From: Octopus bimaculoides
Taxonomy: Eukaryota
DNA: 52,070 bases
Assembly (NCBI RefSeq): GCF_001194135.2
Contig: NC_068987.1
Location: forward strand, 41,720,163-41,772,232
Direction of reading: 5' to 3'
The translations under genes and the position numbers were made by a program. The notes below the pieces were generated by a model, which had not been told where the DNA came from, made no database searches, and saw only the letters and a program-made list of their open reading frames with translations. Of the stretch, positions 37,245 to 48,991 are shown one piece after another. Positions within the stretch are counted from its first letter, which is position 1, and each line of letters begins with the position of its first letter.

Positions 37245-38140
37245 ACAGGCCTTGTGCAAACTAAGTTTACACACCACATAGCTAGACAGGCTCAAAAGAA
37301 AAGCCATAGTATTTAATAATTATTATTATCATTAAAATATTAATACTAAATTAATATACATGTACATTTTAATCATTAAATTTATTGCATAAACATTTTG
37401 CAATGGGATCTGGCTGAAATTGAAATGAAGTTATATGTGACCTTGGCAACTAGATATTGAAAGAAATGGAAGAATCCTAGATTCATTGACTAAGTCACAT
37501 TTGAACAATAATAACAATAACTTAGCTGTGGATTCAAGAAAGCATGAGCGAGTTGTTGATTCATGAACAGCAGCAAGGAAATGGAATGGAATGAAATTTG
37601 AGAATGTATTTTAAATATACGACAGATGCTGAAAATGGATGTTGAGCACAGGTCTTGTGCAAACTGAGTTTTTGCACCACATAGCTAGATGAGCTCAGAA
37701 GAAAAGCCATAGTATTTAATAATTATTATTATCAAAATATTAATACTAAATTAATATACATGTACATTTTAATTGTTAAATTTATCACATAAGCATTTTG
37801 CAATGGGATGGGGAGTCTGGCTGAAATTGAAATGAAATTACATGTGGCCTTTGCAACTAGATATTGAAAGAAATGGGGAATCCTAGATTCATTGACTAAG
37901 CCACATTTGAATAATAATAACAATAACTTAGCTGTGGATTCAAGAAAGCATGAGCGAGTTGTTGATTCATGAATGGCAGCAAAGAAATGGAATGATATTT
38001 GGGAGTGTATTTTAAATATATGACAGATGCTGAAAATGGATGCTGAGCACAGTCTTGTGCAAACTAAGTTTACGCATTACATAGCTAGATGGGCTCAGGA
38101 GAAATGCTGAGGTATTTGATAATTATTATTATTATCATTA
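37245..38140. repeat. Tandem duplication, ~402-bp unit x ~2.2
   Basis: Unit starts acagg(c/t)cttgtgcaaac at 37245, 37648 and 38049. Confidence 0.9.
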
Positions 38141-38299
38141 AACCCCTTCAGGTGGACAGCCCTGCTCAATCTGCAGAAAAGGCATAGGTCAAAACTCCAT
38201 AAGATGTACCTGGTGTAAGCTATGGACACATAAGAGGTGCAGCAATATCAAAGGAAGATTAATCAGGATGATAGTTTTTGCATGTGGCAGATGAACAGG

Positions 38300-39345
38300 G
38301 GCAATAAACACCGAAGATGTACAGAAAACAGATTCCCTCACAAGCCAGGGGGCAAAACTAAAAGTAGTTGATTGCTTCTGCTACCTAGGCAACCAAGTCT
38401 GTAGTGGGGGTGGATGCTCTGAGAGTGTAGCTGCTAGAATAAGAATAACCTGGGCAAAGTTCAGAGAGCTTCTACCTCTGCTGGTAACAAAGAGCCTCTT
38501 GCTCAGAGTGAAAGGTAGACTGTATGATGCATGTGTGCAAACAGCCATGCTACCAGGCAGTGAAACATGGGCCATGACTGCTGCGGATATGCGTAGGCTT
38601 GAAAGAAATGAAGCTAGTATGATCCGCTGGATGTATAATGTCAGTGTGCATACTCATCAGAATGTAAGCGCCCTGAGAGAAAAGTTTGACATAAGAAGCA
38701 TCAGATGTAGTGTGCAAGAGAGATGACTGTGCTGGTATGGTCATGTGTTGGGTATGAATGAGGAGAACTGAGAGAAGAAGTATCACACCCTAACAGTGGA
38801 AGGAACCTGTGGAAGAGATAGACCCAGGAAGACATGGGATGAGGTGGTGAAGCATGACATTCAAACGTTGGGCCTCACAAAGGCAATGACAAGAGACCGA
38901 GACCTTTGGAGATATGCTGCAATTGAGAAGATCCAGCAAGTAAAGTGAGATCTCAACTGTAGCCAATGCCAGTGTTGCATAACCAGCCCATTTAAAAGGA
39001 CTCTTGAATCATCGGGTGATATGATGTGCATGAGAAGACCTGTTGGGTCAAGTGAAATCGAAATTGTAGTCATGGCCAGTGCCGCCTGACTGGCACTTGT
39101 GCTGGTGCCAGTGGCATATAGAAAGCACCGTGCAAATGTGCCCCCTGACCGGCTCCTGTGCTGGTGGCACATAAAAAGCACCATCTGAACATGGTTGATG
39201 CCAGAGCCGCCTCACTGGCTCCCATGCCGGTAGCATGTAAAAAGCACCCACTACACTCTCGGAGTGGTTGGCATTAGGAAGGGCATCCAGCTGTAGAAGC
39301 CTTGCCAGATCAGATTGGAGCCTGGTGCAGCCATCTGGCTTGCCA
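38300..39345 (+). mobile_element. 5'-truncated RTE LINE
   Basis: LRVKGRLYDACVQTAML..RRLERNEASMIRWM..GRDRPRKTWDEVVKHD, followed by the UTR. Confidence 0.9.
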
Positions 39346-39479
39346 AATGTCGAAATACATTGTAAGTAGCTGAGAATGCTACAGACACTTGTATCCTAAA
39401 ATGTAACCCCAGGTAAAAATCAGATTGATACTATGTGACAAAGCTGACTCATTATCTTACAGGTAGAGTCCCTCTGACT

Positions 39480-40085
39480 GGCTTTCATCTAATTTTTGTT
39501 TTCGTTCACCTCTATCCTGCTGTCTTTCACTCTCGCTTTCCTTCTCCTGCACTTCCCTCAGGTTGGGTAGCTATGTATCTCCTTTGCGGCAGTGCAACTG
39601 TTTCTGTCCTCATTTCTGATGCTTCTCTCTCTCTCTCTCTCCGGCTGGGTAACCTTGTACCTCCTCTACCGCAAGACACCTGTTTCTGTATCTCTGTCTC
39701 TCTATAACCTTTCATCATCTGACACAAGATCAACCCCTTCCCTCTCAAAAAGATTTTTGTCTTGCAGGCTACTTGGTGACCCTGTCAATGCAGGTGCCAC
39801 TTAAAAAGCATCCAGTCCACACTGTAAAGTGGTTGGCCTTTGGAAGGGCATCCAGCTGTAAAAAACCTTGCCAAAACTGACCTCACATGTGCTTGTGCTA
39901 TGTAAAAACACAAAGTCCACTCTGCTGGGTGGTTGGTGTTAAGAAGGGCATCCACCTGCAAAAATCCTGCCAAAACAGTCACAGAAGTCTGATGCAGGCT
40001 TCTGCCTGGGTGTCCCTTGTCAAACCGTCCCACTCATGCCAGCATGGAAGGCAGACGTTAAACAATGATGATGATGATGATGATG
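39480..40085 (+). mobile_element. RTE 3' UTR (subfamily of 33411 and 12797) with (GAT)n tail
   Basis: Reverse complement of ~33411-33700 and ~12800-13300. Confidence 0.8.
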
Positions 40086-40769
40086 AACACCTGAGTCAAC
40101 TAAAGGTTAAAAGGTGCTATAATTGGAATTGAACCCAATATTTCATGACTGCAATGTGAACTAAACTATTTATCTATGCTTGCATCTACATGAATAAACA
40201 GACACATGTATGTATTCATGCTCACATGCATATTCAGCTAGAAACCTTTTTGAGTGATATAGTCTAACCTGCTATCACCAAATGATCAATTAGTTATTCC
40301 TGTAATATAGACTGTTTAATTAAACTTGAAGATGGTGATGGCCACTATCTAGCCATCTGCATTAACTGCAGACTTTATCATTATTATCATCATTATTATT
40401 ATTATTTCTATAATAATGATGATGATGATGATGATGATGATGCCTCCTCGATTTTTACATATAAGTATTTGAAGGAAAGGATTAAAAACAAAAGAAGCAG
40501 CATTTATTTGTGACGGATGCATGAATATATTTTGAGTCCAGGTATGGATTTTGCAGTAAAGTCACAATGGGAACAATGATAATTTTGATTGGGATTGAAC
40601 AAATGTGTCTGTTGATTGCAGAATATCATTCTTTTATTGTTCTGTTCCTTCAACTCAATTTTTTTGATGCTACATGACACATTTTATACCACTCAGATTG
40701 TTCTAGGCAATATGGTGTTAAATTAAGGTGTAGGGATTTTAGTGATTGTTTCAAGTTATCCTTATACCA

Positions 40770-41000
40770 ACAGAGGGGGGGGGGGTCTTCCTTTACCGTG
40801 GAACCCCTCTACTTGTCAGCCATACAAACGAATTTTTGGAATGCAATCATCTTGCATTCAAACAACATGTTATGCCCATCTGCACTGAATTCTCAACAGT
40901 ACGCTTTCAATACTGGAGATATCACATCTTTCAAAAATTGTGACATTCAGTCTCATACAAATGTGTGCTCAAAATACAAGATTTGTACACACATATTTAG
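40770..41000 (-). mobile_element. Old RTE RT C-terminal remnant
   Basis: Minus strand reads IESVLLRIQCRWA*HVV*MQDDCIPK..G..GKGRP. Confidence 0.55.
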
Positions 41001-41029
41001 TTTCAAATGATAATAATAATAATTCTTTC

Positions 41030-41845
41030 TAATTTTTCCACAAGGTCAGTAATTTAGTGGAAGGGAGCAAATCAATTACAAATATCCTCAGTACTTGACT
41101 AGTACTTTATTAATCAGGGAAGGATGAAAGAGCCAGAAGAAATGCTGATAGGCATTTTGTTTAACACACTGATGATTCTGTCAGCTCATCACCTTGATAA
41201 TAATCCTTTCTACTACAGGCATAAGGTCTATTTGGGGAGGGAGTAAGTTGATTATATCAACCCCAATGCTAAAATGGCAGTCAACCTTGGTAGAGTATGA
41301 ACTTAAAAATGTAAATATGGATGAAATGTCACGAAGCATTTTGTCTGATGCATTAATGGTTCTGCCAGCTCACTGCCTTCATAACAATAATGGTTTCGAA
41401 TTTTGGTACAAGACAAGCAGTTTTTGAGGGGAAGGGGAAGTCAATTACACCAACCCTAGTACTTGACTGGTACTTATTTTTTTGACTCTGAAAGGTTGAA
41501 AAGTAAAATTGACCTTAGCAAAATTTGAACTCAGAATGTAGAGAGCCTGAAGAACTGCCATTAAGCATTTTGTTTGGTGCAGTAACTATTCTGCCAGCTT
41601 GACACCTTCACTGCTTTAATAATAATTCTTTCTATTGTAGGCACAAGGGTTGGAATTTGGTGGGAGGGGTTAAGTCGAATACATCAACCCCAGTGATTCA
41701 CTGGTACTTAATTTATCGACCCCGAAAGGATTAAAGGCAAAGTCGACCTCGGTGGAATTTGAACTCAGATCATGAAGACGGAGGAAATGCAGCTAAGCAT
41801 TTTACCCAGCATGCTAATGATCCTGCTAGCTCACCACCTTAATAA
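41030..41845 (-). mobile_element. Four head-to-tail tRNA-derived SINE copies
   Basis: Repeated cccagt..ctggtactta..atcgaccccgaaagga..gtcgacctcgg.ggaatttgaactcaga blocks, each bounded by (AAT)n. Confidence 0.75.
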
Positions 41846-42248
41846 TAATGATAATAATAATTCACTATATTATAAAACTGTGTTAATAAAAGACTTTCTT
41901 ATAATATAGTCTTAATAAAAGAATTTCACATCATATTGTTACAATAAAGGCTTGATTGTAACATTGTCTAAATAGAAAACTTTATTATAATACTATCTCA
42001 ATGAAAGATTTCCTTATAATACTATTTCAATTTAAAACTTTATTCAATGAAAACTATTCTTACACTCATCTCATGAGATTACACTCCACACTTTTCTATA
42101 CACATTTCATTCTTAGTTTTAACTCATTTGTTCACAGATTCTTACATCCATCTCACATCAACAATCTCCTACACTCAACTCACATAGCCACTTACACATA
42201 CACACACTCAAATACTCAACACCTACCTTTATAATGTGGTCAACTCAC

Positions 42249-42356
42249 CTTGATCTCATAGTTTCCAATATCGAGTTCAGTTAAGATACTAGACACCATC
42301 TTCACACACTCAGCATCAGGGATCATTGAATCATATTGACCAGCAATATCAATATC
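42249..42356 (-). CDS. HARS: HARS exon (DIDIAGQYDSMIPDAECVKMVSSILTELDIGNYEIK)
   Basis: Manual minus-strand translation matches HisRS DFDIAG..MIPDAEC. gatAG acceptor, GTGAGT donor, 108 bp. Confidence 0.95.
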
Positions 42357-42467
42357 CTATCACAATAGAATAATAAAGATATGCATTAAACGGATGTGGT
42401 ACAATGTAATATTTACATATAGGAAATCAAGTAAAGGTGAATTAATCAGCAGTGATGCTGATGGCTT

Positions 42468-42700
42468 AAACCTAACAATAGAGCTGTTGATGATTAAACC
42501 TAACAACATAGCTGTTGATGATATTAAACCTGACAACACAGATGTTGATAGTTAAACCTAACAACATAGATGTAGAACGTGAAACCTAACAACATAGATG
42601 TAGAACGTGAAACCTAACAACATAGATGTAGAACGTGAAACCTAACAAACACAGATGTTGATTGTGAAACTTAACAACACAGATGTTGATGGTTAAAATA
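42468..42700. repeat. 28-bp minisatellite (~8 units)
   Basis: aaaccta starts at 42468, 42496, 42526, 42554, 42582, 42610, 42638 and 42667. Confidence 0.9.
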
Positions 42701-42852
42701 AATGTTAAACTAGATGGCATTTAAGAGAATCAGTAATGTTGAAAATTAAAGCATACAAAAATGGTGTTAAAGAAAACTGAATCAGTTTAACAGTGTTAAT
42801 GGATAACCAATTAGGGTGACTACATTAGAGAAAGATTTAAAGCACAGAATTA

Positions 42853-43098
<246 letters not shown>

Positions 43099-43457
43099 TC
43101 AAGGAGTAGAATTTTAAAGAATTGTTGGACTCTTAATCACTTTAATTTTATTTGATATAACATACTGAATATGTTATTCACTCTTTTGTTACCAAATTTC
43201 TGCTGGTATACACTACCTTTATTTTAATTAATTTTGAAAATAATAAAGAATTTAGTGAAATAACTGTCATTATTAATCTGGTGTTAGAAAAAAAAATTTT
43301 GATGGTCAGTTTTAATTTAGGTTACTTGAAAATGGGAAGTTTGCATCCTGGAATCAAAGGCAGTCTCAAGTAGGTTGGTATCAAAAAGGTTAAGATGTTA
43401 GACTAACAATGAGCACAAGGTAAAAATTCCTTTTAATAAACTTTTAGAAAAAGATAC

Positions 43458-43553
43458 AGTCAAATCATAACGCAGTGATAGAATTTCACCTCCTTGGTCA
43501 ACCAAATCATAAATCAGTTTAGAATCTTCACCATATTTTCCAGTAAGGGTTTC
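43458..43553 (-). CDS. HARS: HARS exon ([32 protein letters not shown])
   Basis: Conserved [13 protein letters not shown] and LRYDLT motifs. ctatcAG acceptor, GTATCT donor, 96 bp. Confidence 0.97.
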
Positions 43554-44788
43554 CTGATAGAAGAAACAAGAAAATGGTTTGATAACAAAAACAATTGCAA
43601 CTGGGGAAGTAACTGCAAGCATTTTAGTTAATTCTACTGACAGACTCTTTTATTGATTTTGACAGTTGTTTCATAACTGAAACTACTTACTAAACTATAA
43701 AGTAAGAGGTTGAGTATTCCATAAATAACTCATATCCTTTAGTATTCAGAATATTCTGTCAAATGTAATGCTATTTTATTTATATTGTTTTGAATTAATC
43801 AAGCATTATCTTGCAGATTTGGGATTTCGATGATTTGATTGTTTATTTTTACAATGACACTGTATGCAGAGTAGGTGTGAGAGGCCAAATGTGGCTAGTT
43901 GGAACATATTACAGGTAGAATATTTTGACCTGATATGGCCAGTTTAAATGCTAAAGGGGTAACTTACTTCTCATGCAGAATCAGTATCACACTTCATGAC
44001 AAAGTTGGTTCTCAAATCATAGATGCATTCTGATTGGCTTCTGCACAGTTTACATCAACCCAATCTCATGCATACATGATAAACTATTACAAGCAAATTA
44101 ATGTATATTCTGTAGTATATTAATACCCTACACTACAAATAAACATAGTCACTCACTGCTGAGGTACACAATTACAAACAATTACAAATTCATGTTTCTT
44201 CCACATTACATTAAACACCCTTACACTCTAACTTATTATAGTCTCTAATTTGTGAGACAGAATATTACAAGCAGATTAATGGATACTAGATTAACCAACC
44301 CTAAGACAAATGAGGAGATGTATCTACATACATATTTATATACACACACAAACCTATAAATACATGCTATGTTGTCTGAAACAGAGAAGACTCCTTGCAC
44401 TAAGGACACCCAAGACTTAGAAGGAAGGGTGATGTTGAAGTAGACAATGAATTAAGTCTACTACCCACAAACAGGCTTTTGCAAAGATTCCATCTCAATA
44501 ATTACAACAAGAAGAAACTTAGCCCAAGGTGCTCTACAGTGAGATTGAACCTGGAACATGATTACAAAACAAACTCTTTCACTACAAGGCCATAACTGCA
44601 TCTGTAAGGTCACACTGTGCTGCATACACACACACACAGTAGCATATACAAAAAGAAATATTATTCATGCAAAACTGTGTTCAATCTTTTAATGTTTATA
44701 CATATGTGTGTGTATGTAAATCTAAATCACATTTGTAACAGAGAAAGCAAACATATTTATCAATGAAAGTAAAAAAGAATGTTATCAC

Positions 44789-44908
44789 CTTTAATTCAAA
44801 GACGGGTGTGTCAATGGTCTCGGCTCCATGACGCTTGAAGCACTCAATAATTGTAGCAAACACATTTTCTCTGATAGTCATCTGCTGAGGACTAAAATCC
44901 CGAGTGCC
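44789..44908 (-). CDS. HARS: Histidyl-tRNA synthetase, first visible coding exon ([40 protein letters not shown])
   Basis: Matches the eukaryotic HisRS segment after the WHEP domain (GTRD..motif 1 TPVFELK). Acceptor ttctttttgtAG, donor GTGATA, 120 bp, phase 0. Confidence 0.97.
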
Positions 44909-45037
44909 CTACAAAAAGAAATATTATTTGTGCAAAACTGTGTTCAATCTTTTAATGTTTATACATATGTGTATGTATATATATATACACGTCCTCACTT
45001 TGTTGTTTTTTTTAACTATATATATATATATATATAT

Positions 45038-45039
<2 letters not shown>

Positions 45040-45087
<48 letters not shown>
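45040..45087. repeat. (GATA)n microsatellite preceded by (TA)n
   Basis: Seen directly. Other SSRs: (GA)n at ~13217-13297 and ~21870-21958; (TA)n at ~2548, 2832, 8908 and 17755. Confidence 0.95.
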
Positions 45088-45089
<2 letters not shown>

Positions 45090-45324
45090 AGAGAGAGAGA
45101 AAGAGATTATGGCCTGAAAGAGTAGAAAATTGGAGAATTTCCAATGCACCACTAAACCAGAGCTCAAGGCTATCTACATACTTCCCAAGGAAGATTGAAA
45201 TTATGCTGGAATAGACAATCCAGGTATCACACTATTAAATCCAATGTGTGGGTCTAGTAAAGATAAAATATTCGAATAAGGAGATAATATATATATGTGT
45301 GTGTATATATATGTGCATACAACC

Positions 45325-46321
45325 ATATGCGAGCCATGTACAGGGATGCTGTCAGTAACGTGAGGGTTGGCAACGAGTACAGTGAAGAACTTCGGGAAGA
45401 GGTAGGGGTCCACCAAGGTTCAGTCCTCAGCCCCCTCCTATTTATCATAGTCCTCCAGGCAATAACAGAGGAATTCAAGACAGGATGCCCCTGGGAGCTC
45501 CTCTATGCTGATGACCTTGCTCTAACCGCTGAGTCACTATCAGAACTAAAGGAGAAGGTTCAGGTGTGGAAGCAAGGATTAGAATCGAAGGGCCTTAGAG
45601 TCAACCTAGCTAAAACCAAAGTCCTAATAAGTAGAAAGGCAGACAAACCACAAACCCCTTCAGGTAGATGGTCCTGCTCGATCTGTAGAAAAGGCATAGG
45701 TNNNNNNNNNNNNNNNNNNNNNNNNNNNNNNNNNNNNNNNNNNNNNNNNNNNNNNNNNNNNNNNNNNNNNNNNNNNNNNNNNNNNNNNNNNNNNNNNNNN
45801 NNNNNNNNNNNNNNNNNNNNNNNNNNNNNNNNNNNNNNNNNNNNNNNNNNNNNNNNNNNNNNNNNNNNNNNNNNNNNNNNNNNNNNNNNNNNNNNNNNNN
45901 NNNNNNNNNNNNNNNNNNNNNNNNNNNNNNNNNNNNNNNNNNNNNNNNNNNNNNNNNNNNNNNNNNNNNNNNNNNNNNNNNNNNNNNNNNNNNNNNNNNN
46001 NNNNNNNNNNNNNNNNNNNNNNNNNNNNNNGCATAAGCTTGCAAGGAACGAAGCCAATATGCTCCGCTGGATGTGTAATGTCAGTGTGCATACTCAACAG
46101 AGTATAAGTGCCTTGAGAGAAAAGTTGAACCTAAGAAGTATCAGTTGTGGTGTGCAAGAGAGATGATTGCGCTGGTATGGTCATTTGGCAAGAATGGATG
46201 AGGATAGCTGTGTGAAAAAGTGCCACAGCCTAGCGGTTGAGGGTACCTGTGGAAGAGGTAGACCCAGGAAGACCTGGGATGAGGTGGTGAAGCACAACCT
46301 TCGAACATCAGGCCTCACCGA
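45325..46321 (+). mobile_element. Host RTE LINE, 5' portion (interrupted by an insertion)
   Basis: HQGSVLSPLLF..WELLYADDL..GRGRPRKTWDEVVKH; ends at the TSD aggcctcaccga. Confidence 0.92.
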
Positions 46322-48708
46322 TTGTCTGACATACGAGCTACGTGCCCTGCCCAGCGAAGCTGAGACTGCATCAAGATGGTATGGATGCTGGGCGGGTTAG
46401 CACGTAGTAGTACCTCGGTGTCTGGAATCCTGTCTTTCCACTTTATGCCGAGTAGTTTTCTGAGGTGTATTGTATGAAAGTGGTTCAGCTTCCTGGCATG
46501 ACGCTGGTAGACAGTCCAGGACTCGCAGCTGTAAAGCAGTGTTGTGAGAACAACAGCCTGGTATACCTTGATCTTTGTCATGGTGGTGATCCCTCTCCTG
46601 TTCCAGACAGTCTTGCGTAGCCTGCCGAAAGCAGCGCTTGCCTTGACAAGTCTGGTGTTGATTTCATCATCGATGACAACATTTCTAGAGGGTGTAGCTG
46701 CCATTCAGTCGCATTCAGTCGCTGCCCGTTGATGGTGATGTTGTGTTCAAAGTAGGGCTGGTTGGAGCTGGCTGATACATTACCTCAGTCTTTTTCGTAT
46801 TGATAGTAAGGCTAAAGTTGTTGCAGCTGCCAGAGAACAAGTCAACGCTGTACTGCATGTTGGACTAAGTGGCAGCATTGAGAGCGCAGTCATCGGTGAA
46901 CAGGAGGTCGTTGACGGTGTCCACTGAAACCTTGGTTTTCGCTTTGAGCCTCCCGAGGTTGAAGACTGAACCATCGAACCGGTACTTGATGCAGATACCT
47001 TTGTCTGTGTCCCTGAAAGCATCTGTCAGCATGGCTGAGAACATAAGGCTGAACAAGGTGGGAGCAAGGACACATCCTTATTTCACTCCGTTACCCTTGC
47101 CAACATGCCATCGTGTAGTTATCTTACGATGGTGAGGAATTTTCTGAGGCATCCATACTTCGCCAAGATTCTCCAGAGACCTTCTCTACTAACGTTATCA
47201 AAGGCCTTGGTCAGGTTGATGTAGGTAGAGTAGAGGTTGACGTTCTGCTCCTGACACTTCTCCTGCAGCTGTCTAGCAGCAAACACCATGTCGATAGTCC
47301 CATGCTCTTTCTGGAAGCCATAGAAATGATATGAAGAATCTCTATGACAGCTTGAATAGGCCTTCCACCATCAATGGTGAAGCCATCGATAGGCTACCTC
47401 AAGTCCCTGTTGAAGAGTCAATGGATGTCGAACCAACTTTGGAGGAAATTCAGAAAGCATGCCACCTACTGTCCAGTGGCAAGGCACCTGGTCCAGACTC
47501 CATCCCAGCTGAAGTATTCAAAGAAGGCAGTATGGCCCTGACCAGGAAAATTCACCAGCTGTTTCAGCTCATCTGGATGCATGAGACAGTGCCCCAAGAC
47601 TTCAAGGATGCCTCCATCATCCACCTCTACAAGCAAATTGGAAGCCACCAGGTCTGCGACAATCATCGCGGAATTTCACTGCTGTCCATCACAGGCAAGA
47701 TCCTGGCTAGAGTTTTGCTCAACCACCTCACTGCACAGCTAGAGCAGGGTCTACAAAGCCCTGGATCATGTCTGCTTTGCTGCTAAGCCAGGAATCCTGC
47801 ATCTGGCGCAACTTCGTTTGGATTGTGCTCCGTACAATCCGCAGTCTATCCTTCTTTGAAACTGACTTGGGGTCAGTGAGGTGAGCTTTGTAAACACAAT
47901 GCTTTTCCTCTAGTAGTTGCTTGATCTCCATGCAGTTCTCATCAAACCAGTCCTAGTGATTCTTTGTAGATGGCCCAAGGCATTCCATGGCTGTGTCGTA
48001 CAACGTCACCCGGAGTACAGCCCAGGCTTCCTCAATATCCTTGCCTTGTAGCACAATGGGGTCCAAGCATTGCTCCAATGTATCGATAAATAGCTGCTTG
48101 ACGTTGCTATCCTTCAGCTTGCCGATGTTCAAGCATTTTGGTGCTTTCCTATTTTGTGGTCATCTCTTGGGCTGAACTCTAAGGTTGAGTTTAAATACAA
48201 GGCGGTGGTCTGTCCAGTATTTTGCGCCACACATGGTCTTTGTAACTCGTATGTCTTGCCTGTCTCTCTTTCTTATGATAACGTAGTCGATGTCAGACAA
48301 TCGATTACCAAAAAGATTGCTCTTTGGTGAGCTGCAAAGGGGAAAGCGCTCACAAGGCAGCCAGAAGAAACGCTTTAAGGACACACTGAAAGCCTCACTG
48401 AAAGCCTTCAACATAGACCATGACACATGGGAGCAGTCTGCTCTAGATAGAGAAAGGTGGCGATCAGCTGTCCACAAGGGTGCCAACACACGCGAGACCA
48501 ATAGGATCGCTGCTGCAGAAGACTGCAGACAAGCCAGGAAGAACAGAGCTAACAACCCTGTAGCAGGCGCTACCATTCCCTGTTCACACTGTCAAAGACT
48601 CTTTCGGGAGCAGATTGGCCTCACTAGCCATCTGCAGACTCACAAAACAAGGCCACCCCCATCCCAGGATGACTAGATGGTCTTCGTTGCATCAATGGAC
48701 AAACTACT
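46322..48708. mobile_element. BovB-like RTE insertion with nested inversions and a 12-bp TSD
   Basis: TSD aggcctcaccga at 46310-46321 and 48709-48720. Segments alternate strand (-,+,-,+). C-terminal CxxC..HxxxH finger at 48290-48676 and an actact tail. Confidence 0.9.
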
Positions 48709-48991
48709 AGGCCTCACCGAGGCAATAACTAGTGACCGAGACCTTTGGAAATATGCTGTGCTTGAGAAGACCCGGCAAGCCAAGTGAGACCATAACCTAT
48801 GGCCTATGCCAGTGGTGTAACCAGCCCACTTAGGCATACCTTTCTTTCATTGGACACTAAGCTCTGCTTGTGAAGACCTGTTGAGGCAAGTGAAATAGAA
48901 ATCAAATTCAATGACAGCACCGCATGACTGGCATCCGTGCTAGTGGAGCGCTAAGAGTACCATCTGAGCATGATTGTTGCCATTGCCAGTT
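48709..48991 (+). mobile_element. Host RTE LINE, resumed 3' end
   Basis: Continues GLTEAITSDRDLWKYAVLEKTRQAK* in register with 46321. Confidence 0.9.

Noticed and set aside
42468-42700. CRISPR-like array of ~28-bp hairpin repeats
   Set aside because: No unique spacers, eukaryotic intron, no cas genes; it is a minisatellite.
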